Below the pieces are notes generated by a model, which saw nothing but the letters and a program-made list of their open reading frames with translations, ran no database searches and was not told the origin of the DNA. Shown here in pieces: positions 41,975 to 55,567 of a stretch of DNA of 64,000 nucleotides. The DNA is from Octopus sinensis (taxonomy: Eukaryota), in NCBI RefSeq assembly GCF_006345805.1, contig NC_043000.1, forward strand, positions 105,524,001 to 105,588,000. The letters run 5' to 3'. A program made the position numbers and the translations under genes. The stretch's first letter is position 1. Each line of letters opens with the position of its first letter.

Positions 41975-43148
41975 TATCAAGAAAAATTATCTTTCTTAAG
42001 ACTTGATAGAGTAGGGGCAGTAACTCATGGTCAAGAATCGATAAGTTCTTTTGCCAAGGGAAGATCCTTTTAGAAATCTAGCTCAAAGTGTAGGGAGAAA
42101 AAGAGATTGTGAAAGGAGGGAAAGAGTGACAGAGGGTAGTAGAAAGAAAAAAAGTAGAAATATTAAACGTCTGAATGATTGTACAAAGGTTCGAGTGTAG
42201 AAATCAGAATGGAAAAGGGAGCATGGTGACTGAAACGAATATTTTATAATGTTCTTCCGCTCGTGTCAATGCTGCTGATCTGGTATTTATGTAGATACAT
42301 TTTTACTTTGTCGAAAAGCCTCGCGCGCAGAAATCTTCGGTTCTCTACAACTGAAATCCAAAGTGTCCATCTGAAGAGTGTAAGACTCAGCTCCGCATGC
42401 AACTAAGAATCACATTCATTGTTTGTTACTCTGATCGCCATTAAACTCTATTATACACCCCCACTATCTTCATTTACTTGAGTACTATTTATTTATTATC
42501 TTAAAACAATCAATCACGTTATATATTTTCATAACGTGTACAGTGCATAATTTGTATTATACAGATTCAAGGCACATAGAAGAGCATCCTTCACATTCAA
42601 AAGTATTACAGCACTCATAACTATGGATTTATATGACCCAAGAACAAACCTACACCAGTCAACGGGAAAAACATGAGACACTTGTAGAATAATGATAGAT
42701 CCTCTTTTAGAATCTAAGAGAGGCCGCAATGTTGCAACATTAGCCAGCTAGACATGACGATTAAAAGTGGACGCAGCGCTGAACAAAATCAAGTGGTAAT
42801 GGCTAGAACGACCTGGACTGTATCTGAATGCAAATAGGCATTGTATGCTTTTCTTGTCAGAAAGGAATACCATTCGAAAAATAAATTCACACAATCCAGG
42901 TGCTTTCCTGAAATCAAAAAGCGGAATATTCAGATACTACATTTGTGAGAGGAAATTCGTTTTGGCAACGTGGCTGTCTCCATTTTGGGACTACAGAATG
43001 ACATATACGTATATACATATACACAACGCACAAGGTTCAAACGTGGCTAATAACAATCCAGGGAAAGTAACTTTTCTTTCCTTCCATGGAAACTGCCCAC
43101 AACATTCTGATCAGTTATATGCTACAATCAGTAATTATTACAGCCCGA

Positions 43149-43189
<41 letters not shown>

Positions 43190-43192
<3 letters not shown>

Positions 43193-44253
43193 GGGCCTCA
43201 GATGCCTTAAAAATGTGAGGGGGACAAACGAACATTTGTTGATTCTTAAACAAGCATATTAGTAGTAATGCTTATGGTACCTTTTCTGAACCCAATCACA
43301 TAAGTAAAATTTTACGCTAATTAAATTTTATATACTCAAATGAGATTCAGATATATAAAAATACACTTTAAAAGAATTTATTATATCAAATAAACAAAAA
43401 CTAAAACATAGATGTTTGAATTAAAAAAATATAAAGTAAATTTGTCTTTTAGAACTTGCAAAATGTATTACGTATATCTCGCATCATTGCCGTCAGTAAA
43501 TAACAAATCTTTTTTGAAACATCTCTACGAATATGGCATATTAGAATACGATTCAAACAGTCAAGTTTTGAGTGTCCGCAGAGCGCTAAAAGATCGTTCA
43601 GCTTCACAAGAACTGGTTGGAAACACTAAAAGTAGCCCAAACAGTAGCTCAACATTTGGAAACATGCGACGGACTTCTGGTTGCATTTCACCGAATATTT
43701 TACGATGATCCTTGAGAGATTATCCACTATGATGATTTCTATTAAAAAAAAAGTATATCATTCCTTAAAAAAGAATATTCCTCAAGCTCTGGATATTACA
43801 TGATCACTTCAACACAAAAATTTCCATTGAGGAAAATATTGCTCAGTTTTTCATAATCTGCTAAATCCTGTGAAAAAAAACATAATCTTTCAAATTTGCT
43901 ATTGCAGTATCCACTACCTGTAAACACTGCGCTCTGTAATGATCCAAAACAGTGCAGTATTGATATTTTAACGCATTTCCTTCCTGGTATCTTTTGGAAA
44001 CTTTTCATTGCCTGGAAAAATATCGAGTTGATAAATCATTTTTTCTGCTGTATTAAACAGCTCCTGAAATTTTTCTTCACTGCGTAGATTTTTTAGCTCC
44101 TCCTGCACCAGTTTGACATTCTGCAAGATACCATCTAGATTGTCGGTGGTACTTTGTCTTTTAATTGGGAAAAAGTAGGGGAGACAAAAGATGGTTTGTC
44201 CCCCGTCCCTGAAAAATTATGGTGGGTACTTGTCCCCTAAAACAAGGCCCTTG
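43190..44253 (-). mobile_element. Internally deleted hAT transposon with C-terminal dimerisation domain
   Basis: Termini CAGGGGCC / GGCCCTTG with subterminal GGGGACAAA repeats; minus strand encodes EVRRMFPNVELLFGLLLVFPTSSCEAERSFSALRTLKT (hATC signature ERSFS). Confidence 0.88.
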
Positions 44254-44649
44254 TATATTCATTATGTAGGGGAGAGGGTGAAACAAAAAGATGCCTTCCT
44301 TAGGTTATTAACAGACACTCCAACGGACTCAGGGTAGATAGGGTCTTTCAGCTCTTTAGCTGCTCATCAAAGAGAAAATGCCTCCTTACACATCCAGCAT
44401 CCTGATAACAACTGGGCTCATGGCCCTTGTTGTACCTGACCAATAAATGTTTGAAAGATGAGAGAGTGGGACTGAATCTGTACAAACAAAGCCCACGATA
44501 ATAATAATAATCATCGTGAAAATTGTTCAGCAAGCCAAGGCACCAACACCACATTTTCTCCAAAACTGGTTTGTTGAAATCTCATTCATTGAAGGGTCGA
44601 AATGATCCACCATGAATGCATGCATGCATGTATGTATGAATGTATGTAT

Positions 44650-45424
44650 CAGTTGAATAAAGTTAAAACATGGTCTAGTTTCCACGTTTTTTTATTATAG
44701 TATTTTAACATTAAAAAAATATTTTGTAATGTTCATAAAATTCAATTAGTGCTTTCATACGTTCTTAGTAATCAACAGATTTCAAAATGTATTTAACTGA
44801 CAGAGAATGTTTCTAATTTTTCCTTTCCGCAAACTACATGACATAAGTGAGGTTAGAAGAATGATGAAAGGAAAACGGTTTATTAAAATGTTCAAACCTG
44901 TTCTGAACGGAAATAACAGCAATAATATAACAACCAGTTAATGATGTAGATTAAAAAATATCTTTAACATATAAATATTAAAAAATTACAGAAGATGCCC
45001 ACCAATTGAAATAAAAACGATCGAAACCAACTGAGTTTGTTCACTCATAAAACCATTACATGTAAATCGCATGCTAATTGGTTAAAATAAAGGTGGGATG
45101 TATGCCAGTAATATCGGTACGCCCGGCAAACTGTGACGTTTAAACTGCATGCGGATTAGTCAAAACCGTAATCCAAAAATTCAGCTTGTTGGAGCGTCAA
45201 GAACTCGACCGTCAGTTAAATACATTTTGAAATCTGATGATTACTACGAACGTATGAAAGCGTTAATTGAAGTTTATGAACATTACAAAATATTTTTTTC
45301 ATGTTGAAATACCATAAAAAACGTGAAAAACCAGTTGAACTTTATGAACATATACTATTTTTAACGTTAAAATAATATAACAAAAACCATGAAAACCAGA
45401 CCAGGTTTTAACTTTATTCAACTC
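44650..45424. mobile_element. Non-autonomous DNA transposon with long (150-200 bp) imperfect TIRs
   Basis: Left AGTTGAATAAAGTTAAAACATGGTCT...CAGATTTCAAAATGTATTTAACTGAC is mirrored by right GTCAGTTAAATACATTTTGAAATCTG...AGACCAGGTTTTAACTTTATTCAACT. Confidence 0.88.
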
Positions 45425-46764
45425 ATATTATTCAATACACATTCACACAAATTCGGGGAAAAATTTTATATACACACACACACACCTACATATACTAATG
45501 TAAACATATACACATATACCATATAGACACAGGTGTAATTGTGTTAAGTTAGCTTTGCCACCAGGTTTCAGATTTAATCCCAAAGTCTCACTGCATGGCA
45601 ACTTGGGCAAGAGTTTGCTACTATAGTCATGAATTAGCCAATACCTTCTGAATGCATTTGGTACACGCGCACTTGAATACTGATACTGCACAGCTTGTCA
45701 CTACTCAATGAAAATGTTAATATTTACATTCCTGGGTGACTGCTTGCTCAACGATGTCAACGACCTGTAAAATAAAATATGCTTTACATGCAAAGCAGGT
45801 AAGGTTTTGTTTCAAAAAATGCATTCAGTCGTAAAATTTTGTCCCAAATAAGTCCCATGAAACCGAATTTACCTGTTTTTTTTTTTTTCTTTTCTCCTCA
45901 CAGTAAGCTTGCACTGGAAACAGACGTCGTATACTTTTATAGTTTCTTTTTCTTACCTCTTTGAAGCATTAGATCCCATTTCTTTCCTTGTATTCTCACT
46001 GTACAGTCTTTGATTATTGTTGTTTCGCTTCATATTTCCACCTTTCTTCAACCACACGTTTTGTCTGCCTTTCCTCTTTACCTAAAAATCTTCCCTCTTT
46101 TCTGTGTGTGTGTATATATATAGTACTATTCTGTGATGGTAAAATCAACGTAAACAGTACACCGTCTGATGAAATGTTATTTAATAAACACTATATATTC
46201 TTATGTGCTACTATTAGTTTCATATGCTGTCTTTTAACACGTCTGATGTCCGAGCACAATCATCAGACACTGTGGGCAGTGTCTGATGATTGCACATGAA
46301 ACTAATAGTAGCACACAAAAACAGATGTTTATTAAATTAAATTATATAAGCAGTGCTCGTGTTGTAAACATCGACCATTATGCATACATGCATATATATA
46401 TATGTACATATACACATATATGTACATAAACTCACATGTCCAGTTCCAACAGTGATTATCCGGTCCATCAACTGAACGGTTTACCTACTACATTAACATG
46501 TAAAATGGCCGACGATTTTGCAGACATGTGTACCCTCTATGTAATTCTCGGGTCAAATCAGTTTAACAACCTCGACCTTTTGAATTCTAAGTATAGTCCA
46601 TTTAACTACCTTCCGGCGTATTTCCTTATCAAGCAAATTTTTATTCACAAGGCAAAGACACTTGCTCAAAATGTCACATAGCAGGATTGAACGCAAGAAC
46701 TGAAAGCAACTACTTAACCACTCAGCTATGCTCATTTCCATCTTATGCCTAGACATAATGAAAG

Positions 46765-47062
46765 TGCGTGGTTTAGTGGTTAGGGTAATAGGCTCATGAT
46801 TGTAAGGTCGTGAGTTCGATTCCCAGTGGCGCGTTGTGTCCTAGAACAAGATTCTTTCACATTGTTCTAGTCCACACAGTTGGTAAAAGGGAGTTGTACT
46901 TGCAATTCAAAGAGCCAGTCTTGTCACAGTGTGTCATGTTGAATCTCCCTAAGAACTATGCTGAGGGTACACGTCTGTTGAGTGCTCAGCTACTTGCACA
47001 TTATTTTCACGAGTAGGCTGTTCCATTGATCAGATCTACTGGGAACCTCATCGTCATAACCA
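46765..47062 (+). mobile_element. tRNA-derived SINE family B
   Basis: Head TGGTTTAGTGGTTAGGGTAATAGGCTCATGATTGTAAGGTCGTGAGTTCGATTCCC; body matches 17412-17724. Confidence 0.87.
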
Positions 47063-47264
47063 ACAATGCCAGTTGTGCACACACGCACACGCGTGGGCAC
47101 AAGTACATTCCAGATTAATTGCAGAAGCATAATTTGCAAATGATAGCAGTAATTCTGTATAATCTCAGAATCCTCCTCACTTCTACCATAAAAAAAATAT
47201 CATCTGTATTGCAATGGATCTTTTTTAAAGGGCATATCATTTTATTTATAGGCATGGCTGTGGG

Positions 47265-47645
47265 ATTAAGAAGCTTGCTTTCTATCCACGTGATCTATGG
47301 TTCAGTTGTACTATACAGTACTTTAGGTGTCTTATACTAGACCCGACCGACCACAGCCTTGAGAGTGGATTTAGTAAAGAGAAACTGGAAGAAGCACATC
47401 GTGTGTATATATGTGCACGCTGACAGCTTTAAACGAGTATCACCATCATACAAGCAATGCTGTTCGTTTCCAGTTCGCATGAAAAATATCTGCCTGTGAG
47501 GAAATATGATCTTGCTTGGGAATAGGTGAAGATTGGCAACAGGAAGAGCATCTGGTCGTAGAAAATCTGCCTCGTCAAATTCCGCCTGACCTATGCACAC
47601 ATAGAAAAATGGGTGTTGAATCATGATGATGACGATGATGGATGA
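47265..47645. mobile_element. SINE remnants including an RTE-type tail ending in (GAT)n
   Basis: GGCAACAGGAAGAGCATCTGGTCGTAGAAA...TGATGATGA tail; related minus-strand tail at ~55705-55865. Confidence 0.65.
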
Positions 47646-48299
47646 TGATGATGATTTTGAAAGAAAACTTGTGAAATGTAACTATTAGAAGATAATCTCA
47701 TTTGAGATGATAATTTATATGATCGTGTTGATTAATTATACAATAGAAATCCTCAAATACAGGTTGATAAATATTATGTAAGTAAATTGAGGAAAGAGCA
47801 CTTGAAAAGGTAGGCAGACACATTGCCACCACATTGATTCCATGTTCCTGTTGCTACTGCAGTTTCGTGTCTAATGTGCCCACAATGTGAGAAATCTTGA
47901 GTCATTCAGTTGAGTCTTTAAAGTAGGCCATAGCCAGTGGTAAATTACCTTAAACATAAGCACATTCTACACACTCTCAATCACACAATCTCTCTCTCTC
48001 TCTCTCATACACACACTTCTGTGTTCCTTTTTTTTAACAATTATCAAGGAGACAAGCAACATAATCACATACAAGTCTCTGTATCACATACAAGCATATA
48101 CATGGGTGGGGTGTAAATTAATGATAGCCAAAGAGAAGAGTAAGGGTGTGAATAATAGCAGTGGTAGGAGAGATGGAGGCATTAGTGGAAGGTGCTGGAT
48201 TCCCTATTAATGATAGCAGAGGTGGGAAAAAGTTATTTTGAAGAGGAAAGGGTATTCAAAAGTTGCTTCAGTTATGGATGGCAACTTAGAAAACAGTAA

Positions 48300-48312
48300 C
48301 AGTATTAGTCAC

Positions 48313-48346
<34 letters not shown>

Positions 48347-50240
48347 ATGTTTGCCTATAGAAGCAGCAAATAGCATAACAGACTTGTGTGTGTGTATGTG
48401 TGTGTGTGTGTCTGTGTGTGTGTTTGTTTGTTTGTGGGTGTGTTGCTTCTGGATGTTGAATAGAAAAGAAAAGGAAAGCAGCTAGCCATGGCCGATCCAC
48501 ACAAAAAAATTACATTAGCCAAAACAATCTGGTAAATACTTAGAAAATTCCTAGGCAGGTGACTGAAAATGATAGCATAATTATCATGGACTGAGCATTA
48601 AGCAATTTAACTTTAACAGATGACGAATTTATTTATCTCCAATTTATAAGATATATACAGCATCTAGTATGTGTAAAAAATAAAACAGATGGAACTAAGT
48701 AATAGATCTAATCCTCTCTACCTCTCTATAAATAATGAAATTGCATAGAACATTTACTAACTGTATCTGAAATTAATAAAGAAAACTGGGAGGTCCTTGT
48801 CTATGTCAAGATTTGAACATCTATCATTTCTAAATTTTAAAAAATGATTAGACAAGATTTTTTACAGACACAACAGAACTGTTTATCTCATATATACTTA
48901 TTGAGAATTAAAAACAAGACACAACAGATCCTTTGTGTGATTGGTTATAAATAGCAGCCAAATTTCCCTCAAATTACACTAAGTTTTCAATAAAAAAAAA
49001 TTAATAAAAATACAATAACTTGAAGTTACAGGATTAGGACTGATCTGAAGGGCTAAACAACAGCAACCACTCATGACATATATTAAACATATAACAACGA
49101 AATATTGAGGTACAAAAACCTGAAGTTGTACATGAGTTTATGTTAATTCCATTGACTAAAATTATAAAAAGTTTTAACAAAAAAAAAACCTTAAAAGTGA
49201 TTTTAAATCAATCAAAGAATCTATATGACGAAGATCTTTTGATCCTTGTACACAGGATGCTGAAGCAAAATAGCTTAGCTCATGCAACAATGTAAAAATA
49301 AGCAAATAAGTAGAACTATTCAACTGATCTTTCCTAAAGCATGATACAGCATTATAAAGCAGAAAATGTGTAGAAGCAAGTAAATTTCATAGTGAAATTT
49401 GGCCAATCTTCATAATCCATAAGTATGTGAAACCTAAATTTAACAAATCAAGTTAAGAAGGCCCAGACAGGCTGAATATCTCAAAGCAATTCAAATCTAG
49501 CAAACAGTAATGAAAGCTCTTGTCTTAGACATAAAAATTTTTGCAGCTTATAAAATACATTGATATAGTATTCTATATGCCATATTAAAACTAAATAGAT
49601 ACCCAAAACCTCTTTGAAAACATTTCTAAATCATTTCCTGGGAATAGTAAGGAATAGTTAATAAAATTAGCTTAAATGAAATAAAGAAAAGTTCTATTAA
49701 TAACAGAGATTCTTTAATTGGAAGGCAAGATGGGTACAAAGTTAAAGTACTGAACTACTGACTACATAGTTTCAAGTTCAAAACTTGATACTATAGACAT
49801 TGCCTAGAGCATCAGAACAAAGCCTAGATTTGTCCGCCTCAGTTAACCTGAATAACAATAGGTTCCTCAGTCTCTGTTCACAGTAACAAAAGTCATTGGC
49901 TGAAGAAATTACAACCATAAACACTCCATCAAATTTATGTTAATACTAAAACCATGTAGAACAGCAGTAGAACTACAAGACTGGTGATTAGCTGTCAAAA
50001 CTGGAAAAAATAGCATATTAGGAAGAAGTTCATAATTGAGCAGTAGTTGAAGAATTAAATAGAGGAGGTAGCTTTACTATTCCAGAACTACCACTTCAGT
50101 TCCTCAGTGGCTGACAGTAGAAACAGTTAATAGGAAGCAAGCCACCCCGTCATAATACAGAAGCAAAAATTCTTGAATAGAGCTTACCCTTTTGTAAGTG
50201 GCAATATAAGATATATTTTTAAAATATCAACACAAAAACA

Positions 50241-50277
<37 letters not shown>

Positions 50278-53200
50278 GTTGAAAAATGCAGTTAAAAGTT
50301 TTCAGAAGGCACATTTTGGGGGGTTTGTTTTGTCAAGCACCAGCAAGTAACACAAAATACTTGAAAATGTGAGAAATTGTTAGGCCTTCAGCATAAGTAT
50401 GGCCTTTATCTCAAGGAAACACAACTTGTGGAATATCTCAGGCAAAAGAAACAAGTTCAATAATTTTCATATTGTTTGCCATTCTCACTAATCAGTTCCA
50501 CAGTGCCATGTGGATGAAAGTTCTTTTCAATCAAAACTCTCTGAAAGCATGAACAATTTAAAATTTGAGATTTTATTCACAAGTACTGAATATAAAAATA
50601 AAAAATATACAGACCTTGGACACCGAGCTTATGTAGTATCTACATAGAAACTAACAGCATCTGGGGCTAAGAGTTGAGCTCAATGTACAGACAAGTAGAG
50701 AGGGACTGGAGCAGAGGTAAGAACCCTCATAAGGTGACACCATTGCAGCCTGCCTACTAGCAAAGCAAACCACACTGGCGACACAAACAACACCAATGTG
50801 CTGCAAAAATCTTTTAGAACCTCAATTTTTCAACTGAAAATAACCAAACCAGGAGATAAAAAAAAAAAAAAAACAGAGAAAAAAAGAGAGAAAAAAAAAG
50901 AGAAGCCCAAAACTTGATGTGCCTAATTCTTCAGATCCTAGTAAAATGCCTGCAATTTCCAACAGCAGACACGGCCTTTTCTCTTCCTTTTTATTATTAT
51001 CATTATTATTTTTTTAAAAAATTTAATTATTTATTTCATGTTTTTCTTTTTTTTCGGAGATTTAAAAAATAAAAGCAATGAACACCACAGCAAATAATTT
51101 AAATTTTGTCATATAAAAAATTTTCCAATAAAAAGGATTCATTATCCCTTTTTACTTCCTTTTTCTTTTTGTTTTTGAAATGACAAATAGTTTGTAATGT
51201 AAGAGGTGAGGCAACAATGTGTCAAATGGGTTGGTTGCTTGAATTGATGCATCTAAGATTAGGAAAGTTAAAAAAGAAGACAGATGATGCCCAAATATTG
51301 ATGAAGATACGAAATTGTTATTTTTGTTGTTGTTTGCTAAAGATTGTTTGCAGAACAGAGAGCAACAAGATACTGGCTTAGAAAAATACGAGAAATAGAA
51401 ACAGATGTGGGTGAAAGAGATGAAATGTAATGGCTGGAGAAGTGTAGAACTGAGAGCAGAAACAATGGAAGTAGGGGAAAAAACCTCAGAAAAGTTTCAG
51501 AGAAGAAGGAAAAATCTAGTCCACAGATCAGTTATAAATTAATTTTGTCACTTATCTCTTTAGCAGCTACATCACTGTTTTCTAAGTTGATTGGATCAAT
51601 CACTACCAATCAAGTAGTCCCATTGGTTGACACAAATAAGATATCCTATTAGTCAGATTCCTTTGGTCAATCTCTTAACCAAAGGCCTTACTCTAAACAA
51701 TGAAACAAACAAAAACGGTTTTAAAAAAGACAGAAAAGAGGATTGAAGAAAGAAAGCAAAACAGCAAAAAGAACTGGAATAATCACTTCTAACAAAGGTA
51801 AGAAAAAGACAGTAACTTGGAGGAGAACAGTCCATCATATCAAACCTAGTACTTGACTGGCATTTTATTAGCTCTGGAAAAATGACCTCAGATGGATCAA
51901 AACTCAGAGCATAAAGAGTAAGAACAAATTCCACATATTTTAACCAACAAAGAGACAAGGCCAGAAATTTAACAATTAGTTAAATCTATCCTCGTACATA
52001 ATTGATGCATCCCCCACCCACCCCCACAAGAAGAAAGAGTACCCACCCCCACAAGAAGGATGTGTACTCAGAACATAAAACAAAGTTGTAATTAAATACT
52101 TTCTAACATAGAAACAAGACCCACAATTCTGGAGGATGAGTATAGTCACTTAGATCAACCCTGGTATTTAATGGATACTTTTTATCAACCCCAGATGGTT
52201 GAAAGGCAAAGTATACTCTCAGGACATGTAACTAAATAACTACAAGGTATTTAAATCTGTCACTTCATTTCTCATTAACTACCCTATTTAATAATAATTG
52301 GTTCAAATTTTGGCACAAGGCCAGCAATTTCAGAGGTAATGGGTACTGACCCCAAAAGGATAAAAGACAAAGTCGACCTTGGCAGGAATTGAACATAGAA
52401 AGTAAAGAGTTGAAATAAATACTGTGAGGCATTTTGTCTGGTGCACTAATGATTCTGAGAATATGCTTCAAGATTTAAGATAAGGAGATACAAGAAATTC
52501 TGATAGTCATGCTGCTCAATGAGTATAAAATTGACATCTTTTGAGCAGCTTGGAGGAGAAACGAAAATTGGGACACTGAAAAGAATTTTATAAATTTAAC
52601 CTCATGGAGCATCATAAATTGAATCAACCAATACCAATAGTTGATCCTAGTCAGAGATTTGAACTAAGAACAGTGTGTTGCCAATCTAGGCAATGCAAAG
52701 CATTTTATAGTCAATTTTCTTCTATCTGTGACATTCATCCATCTTCTCTGCTTTAATAATACTGATACTTTAATAATATTAACCATTTCTAACATCATCA
52801 TAATAATAATCATAATAATAATAATAATAATAACACAAAGCCAGACCATTCTAAGGGGAAAAGAAATAGAAAAGGTGAAATGTTCATGCCATCATCACCC
52901 CATCTTGTAAAGTATGTTAAATTCAGAATTTAAACCAAGTGGACTTAATTCACCAAAATTTAATTATATAACTAATAACTCCACCCACCAAAAAAAAAGC
53001 AAATGAAAATAAATATAATTTCATTATAATAGCAATAATAATTATTTCAAATTTTGGTACAAGGGCAACATTTTTAGAGGGAGGAGGTTAGTCATTTACA
53101 TTAAACCACTACAACTGGTACTTATTTTATCAACCCTGAAAAGAGGCAAAAATCAACTTCAGTAGAATTTTAACTCAGTGTGGTTTGACAAAATGCTTAG

Positions 53201-54694
53201 TGGCATTTCTTGCAGTTCTGTATGTTCTTAGTTCAAATCCCACTGAAATCAACTTTGGCTTCATCTTTCTATGGGTCAATAAAGTAAGGTACCAGTTAGG
53301 TGCTGGGGTCAGTGTAATCAACTGACATCCTCCCACTAAAATTACTAGCCAAAATATGAAACAATATTACTAATAGTGGCACAAAATTGCATCTGGGGAA
53401 AGATCTGGTTGATCAGAGAGAAAGGAACAGTTGATTAAACTGACCTCAGTACTTGATAAATGCTTATTTTATCAATTGCTGATGGATGAAAGTCAAACTT
53501 AACCAACTCTAACATAGGGACATGACCACAAATTCCAGGAGGAGGTGTTAGTCAAATCGACCCCAGGAATTGGTTGGTACTGCATTTTATCGGTCAAATG
53601 CTCAGATTGATTTAAATGACTAACACATCCCCATCTAATATGTAGACTGGTATCTATCATAGAAACTATTAAGTATGCCTTCCATCCATCAGTGGTCAAT
53701 GAAATAAGATGTAAATAATAACTGTTTTGTCACACTTGGTGTGCAAATCTACAAATGGAGTGATGTAATAGTAGTTGTGGTAATGGTGGTAATAGTATTA
53801 AAATAGTTTTAGCGAGAGAGATTGTTATGTCTGCAGTGAGGAGAGAGAAAGAGAAAGGAAGATGTTGGAATAACTATAGCAACTGGCAGAGCTGATGAGA
53901 CCCAGAAAGGCAAACAGTCTTGTTTTGAGCTGAAAACTATCACAAAAGATCCTATTTAAATGCAGTCTGAGAGCTAAGTGTATGTATGTATATTATATAT
54001 TATACATATGTATGTGTATTTATATATACACAAACACACAAATGTACATTCACACTCATGTATAAGTATATACATTCACACATCATATACAAATAAAAAT
54101 GATTGTGTATAGATGTATATACACCAACACACTCATTCACAAACACACATACACATATTACACACCTTTTTTTAAATTTTTTTTTCTTTGATGGTGTGCA
54201 GATTAAAAAAAAACGGGCCCGAAAAAAAGCTGGGAGCAGAATCAAGGGTAAGGCTACTATAAATTGGTATGAGAGTCTTTATTGGTTTTTTTTTTTAAAT
54301 TAGACATGTTCTTTTTTTTGTGTTGGTTTTTTTATACACTGTCCAGACGAGAGCAACTTTTTTTTTATACACAAGTCTGCTGCTGTTGCTGCACCACCAT
54401 CACCATCATTATTATTATTATTATTATTATAATTATTATCATCATCATCACCATTACTAGCAGCTGTGCCAGTACTACCACTACCATCACCTACCACTTT
54501 CTGCTGTCATTGCTATTTCCCTTTGTTCAAGTTGCTGCCATCACCAAGACTTCAAACTTCAATGTGAAAAGGGGGAAGGGAGAGAGAGAGAGAGAAGAGA
54601 AAGCTGTGTTTCAGTTGGGAGGAAAAGGCCTTTTTTTTTTTTTGAAAAAAATCTTTTATTACACCCTCAACTTTCATTCTATCCCCACCTCCTC

Positions 54695-54732
<38 letters not shown>

Positions 54733-55511
54733 TAATAATAATATAATAATAATAATAATTTTAAAAAATTTTTTAATCAAGCAACTTACATTCTCATTCC
54801 CACCCCACTTCTCCACACACATCTTTTTAAGTTTGGTATCTGAAATTTTTTTTTTCAATTTTGTCTTTTTTTTTTATATTTTTTTTTTTTACATTTCCAC
54901 ACTGGCCATCCAAAGTTTATCAATTGATACTTACACGCAATCATACTAAAACACACCACATACACCATCCACACAAACATGCACGCGCAAGCACACACAT
55001 CACATCACATACGCACTAACACATGCACACAGACGGGTTAATGTAATGGTTTCATTCCATTCCACAGACACTTTCAGAAGAAGTTAACTCGGCATTGCTT
55101 TAGTCCATAGTTTAAATACTCCGGTAGTGCTACATATTTACAGATAACTTGTTGCTATTTACATGTCAGAGAGATTTTGTTTGTGTATGAAATACAATGG
55201 CATGATGCTGGGGAGAAATCCAAGGGAGTGTTGTTGAGGTGGTTGGTGGTGGTGGTGGTAACTGTGACAGTTGTGGTGATGTTTGTGGTAGTAATGGTGA
55301 TGCTGATGCTTAGTGGTAGTTGTGGTAGTGGAGGTGGAAGGGTAGTGGTGGTGGTTGTGAAGGCTTAATGAAGGTCAACGGCAGCTAGAACACAGGCCAG
55401 CAACAAGAGGAGGAGAGGAGTGGATAATGACGTGTAGCTATGTACAATGAACTGACAACAACAGCTGCAAACACACAAGCAGCACTGCACCACTACAGCC
55501 AACTCCAGTTT
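48300..55511 (-). other. Probable long 3' UTR of the minus-strand host gene (distal end undefined)
   Basis: Lies directly downstream of the stop at 55512; mostly unique, U-rich on the transcript strand, and much poorer in LINE and DNA-transposon debris than the rest of the window. Several possible AATAAA signals. Confidence 0.45.
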
Positions 55512-55567
55512 TCATCTGTGGTCACGAGATGAACGGCGCCGCTTGTGCCAGACTTGATCTGGTAAAT
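55512..55567 (-). CDS. Terminal coding exon of an unidentified host gene: (D)LPDQVWHKRRRSSRDHR*
   Basis: Acceptor TTCTTATTTTGCAG at 55568 and above; phase-1 entry completes G|AT (Asp) with the upstream exon; TGA at 55514-55512; basic KRRR motif. Confidence 0.75.

Noticed and set aside
43412-43708. 98-aa plus-strand ORF
   Set aside because: It is the antisense of the hAT dimerisation-domain remnant.
54282-54746. 154-aa plus-strand ORF
   Set aside because: Low-complexity poly-I/T from ATT and CAT repeats, antisense to the putative UTR.
55493-55567. Alternative phase-0 reading of the terminal exon (IYQIKSGTSGAVHLVTTDENWSWL*)
   Set aside because: The only upstream exon found ends in phase 1, which selects the DLPDQVW frame.
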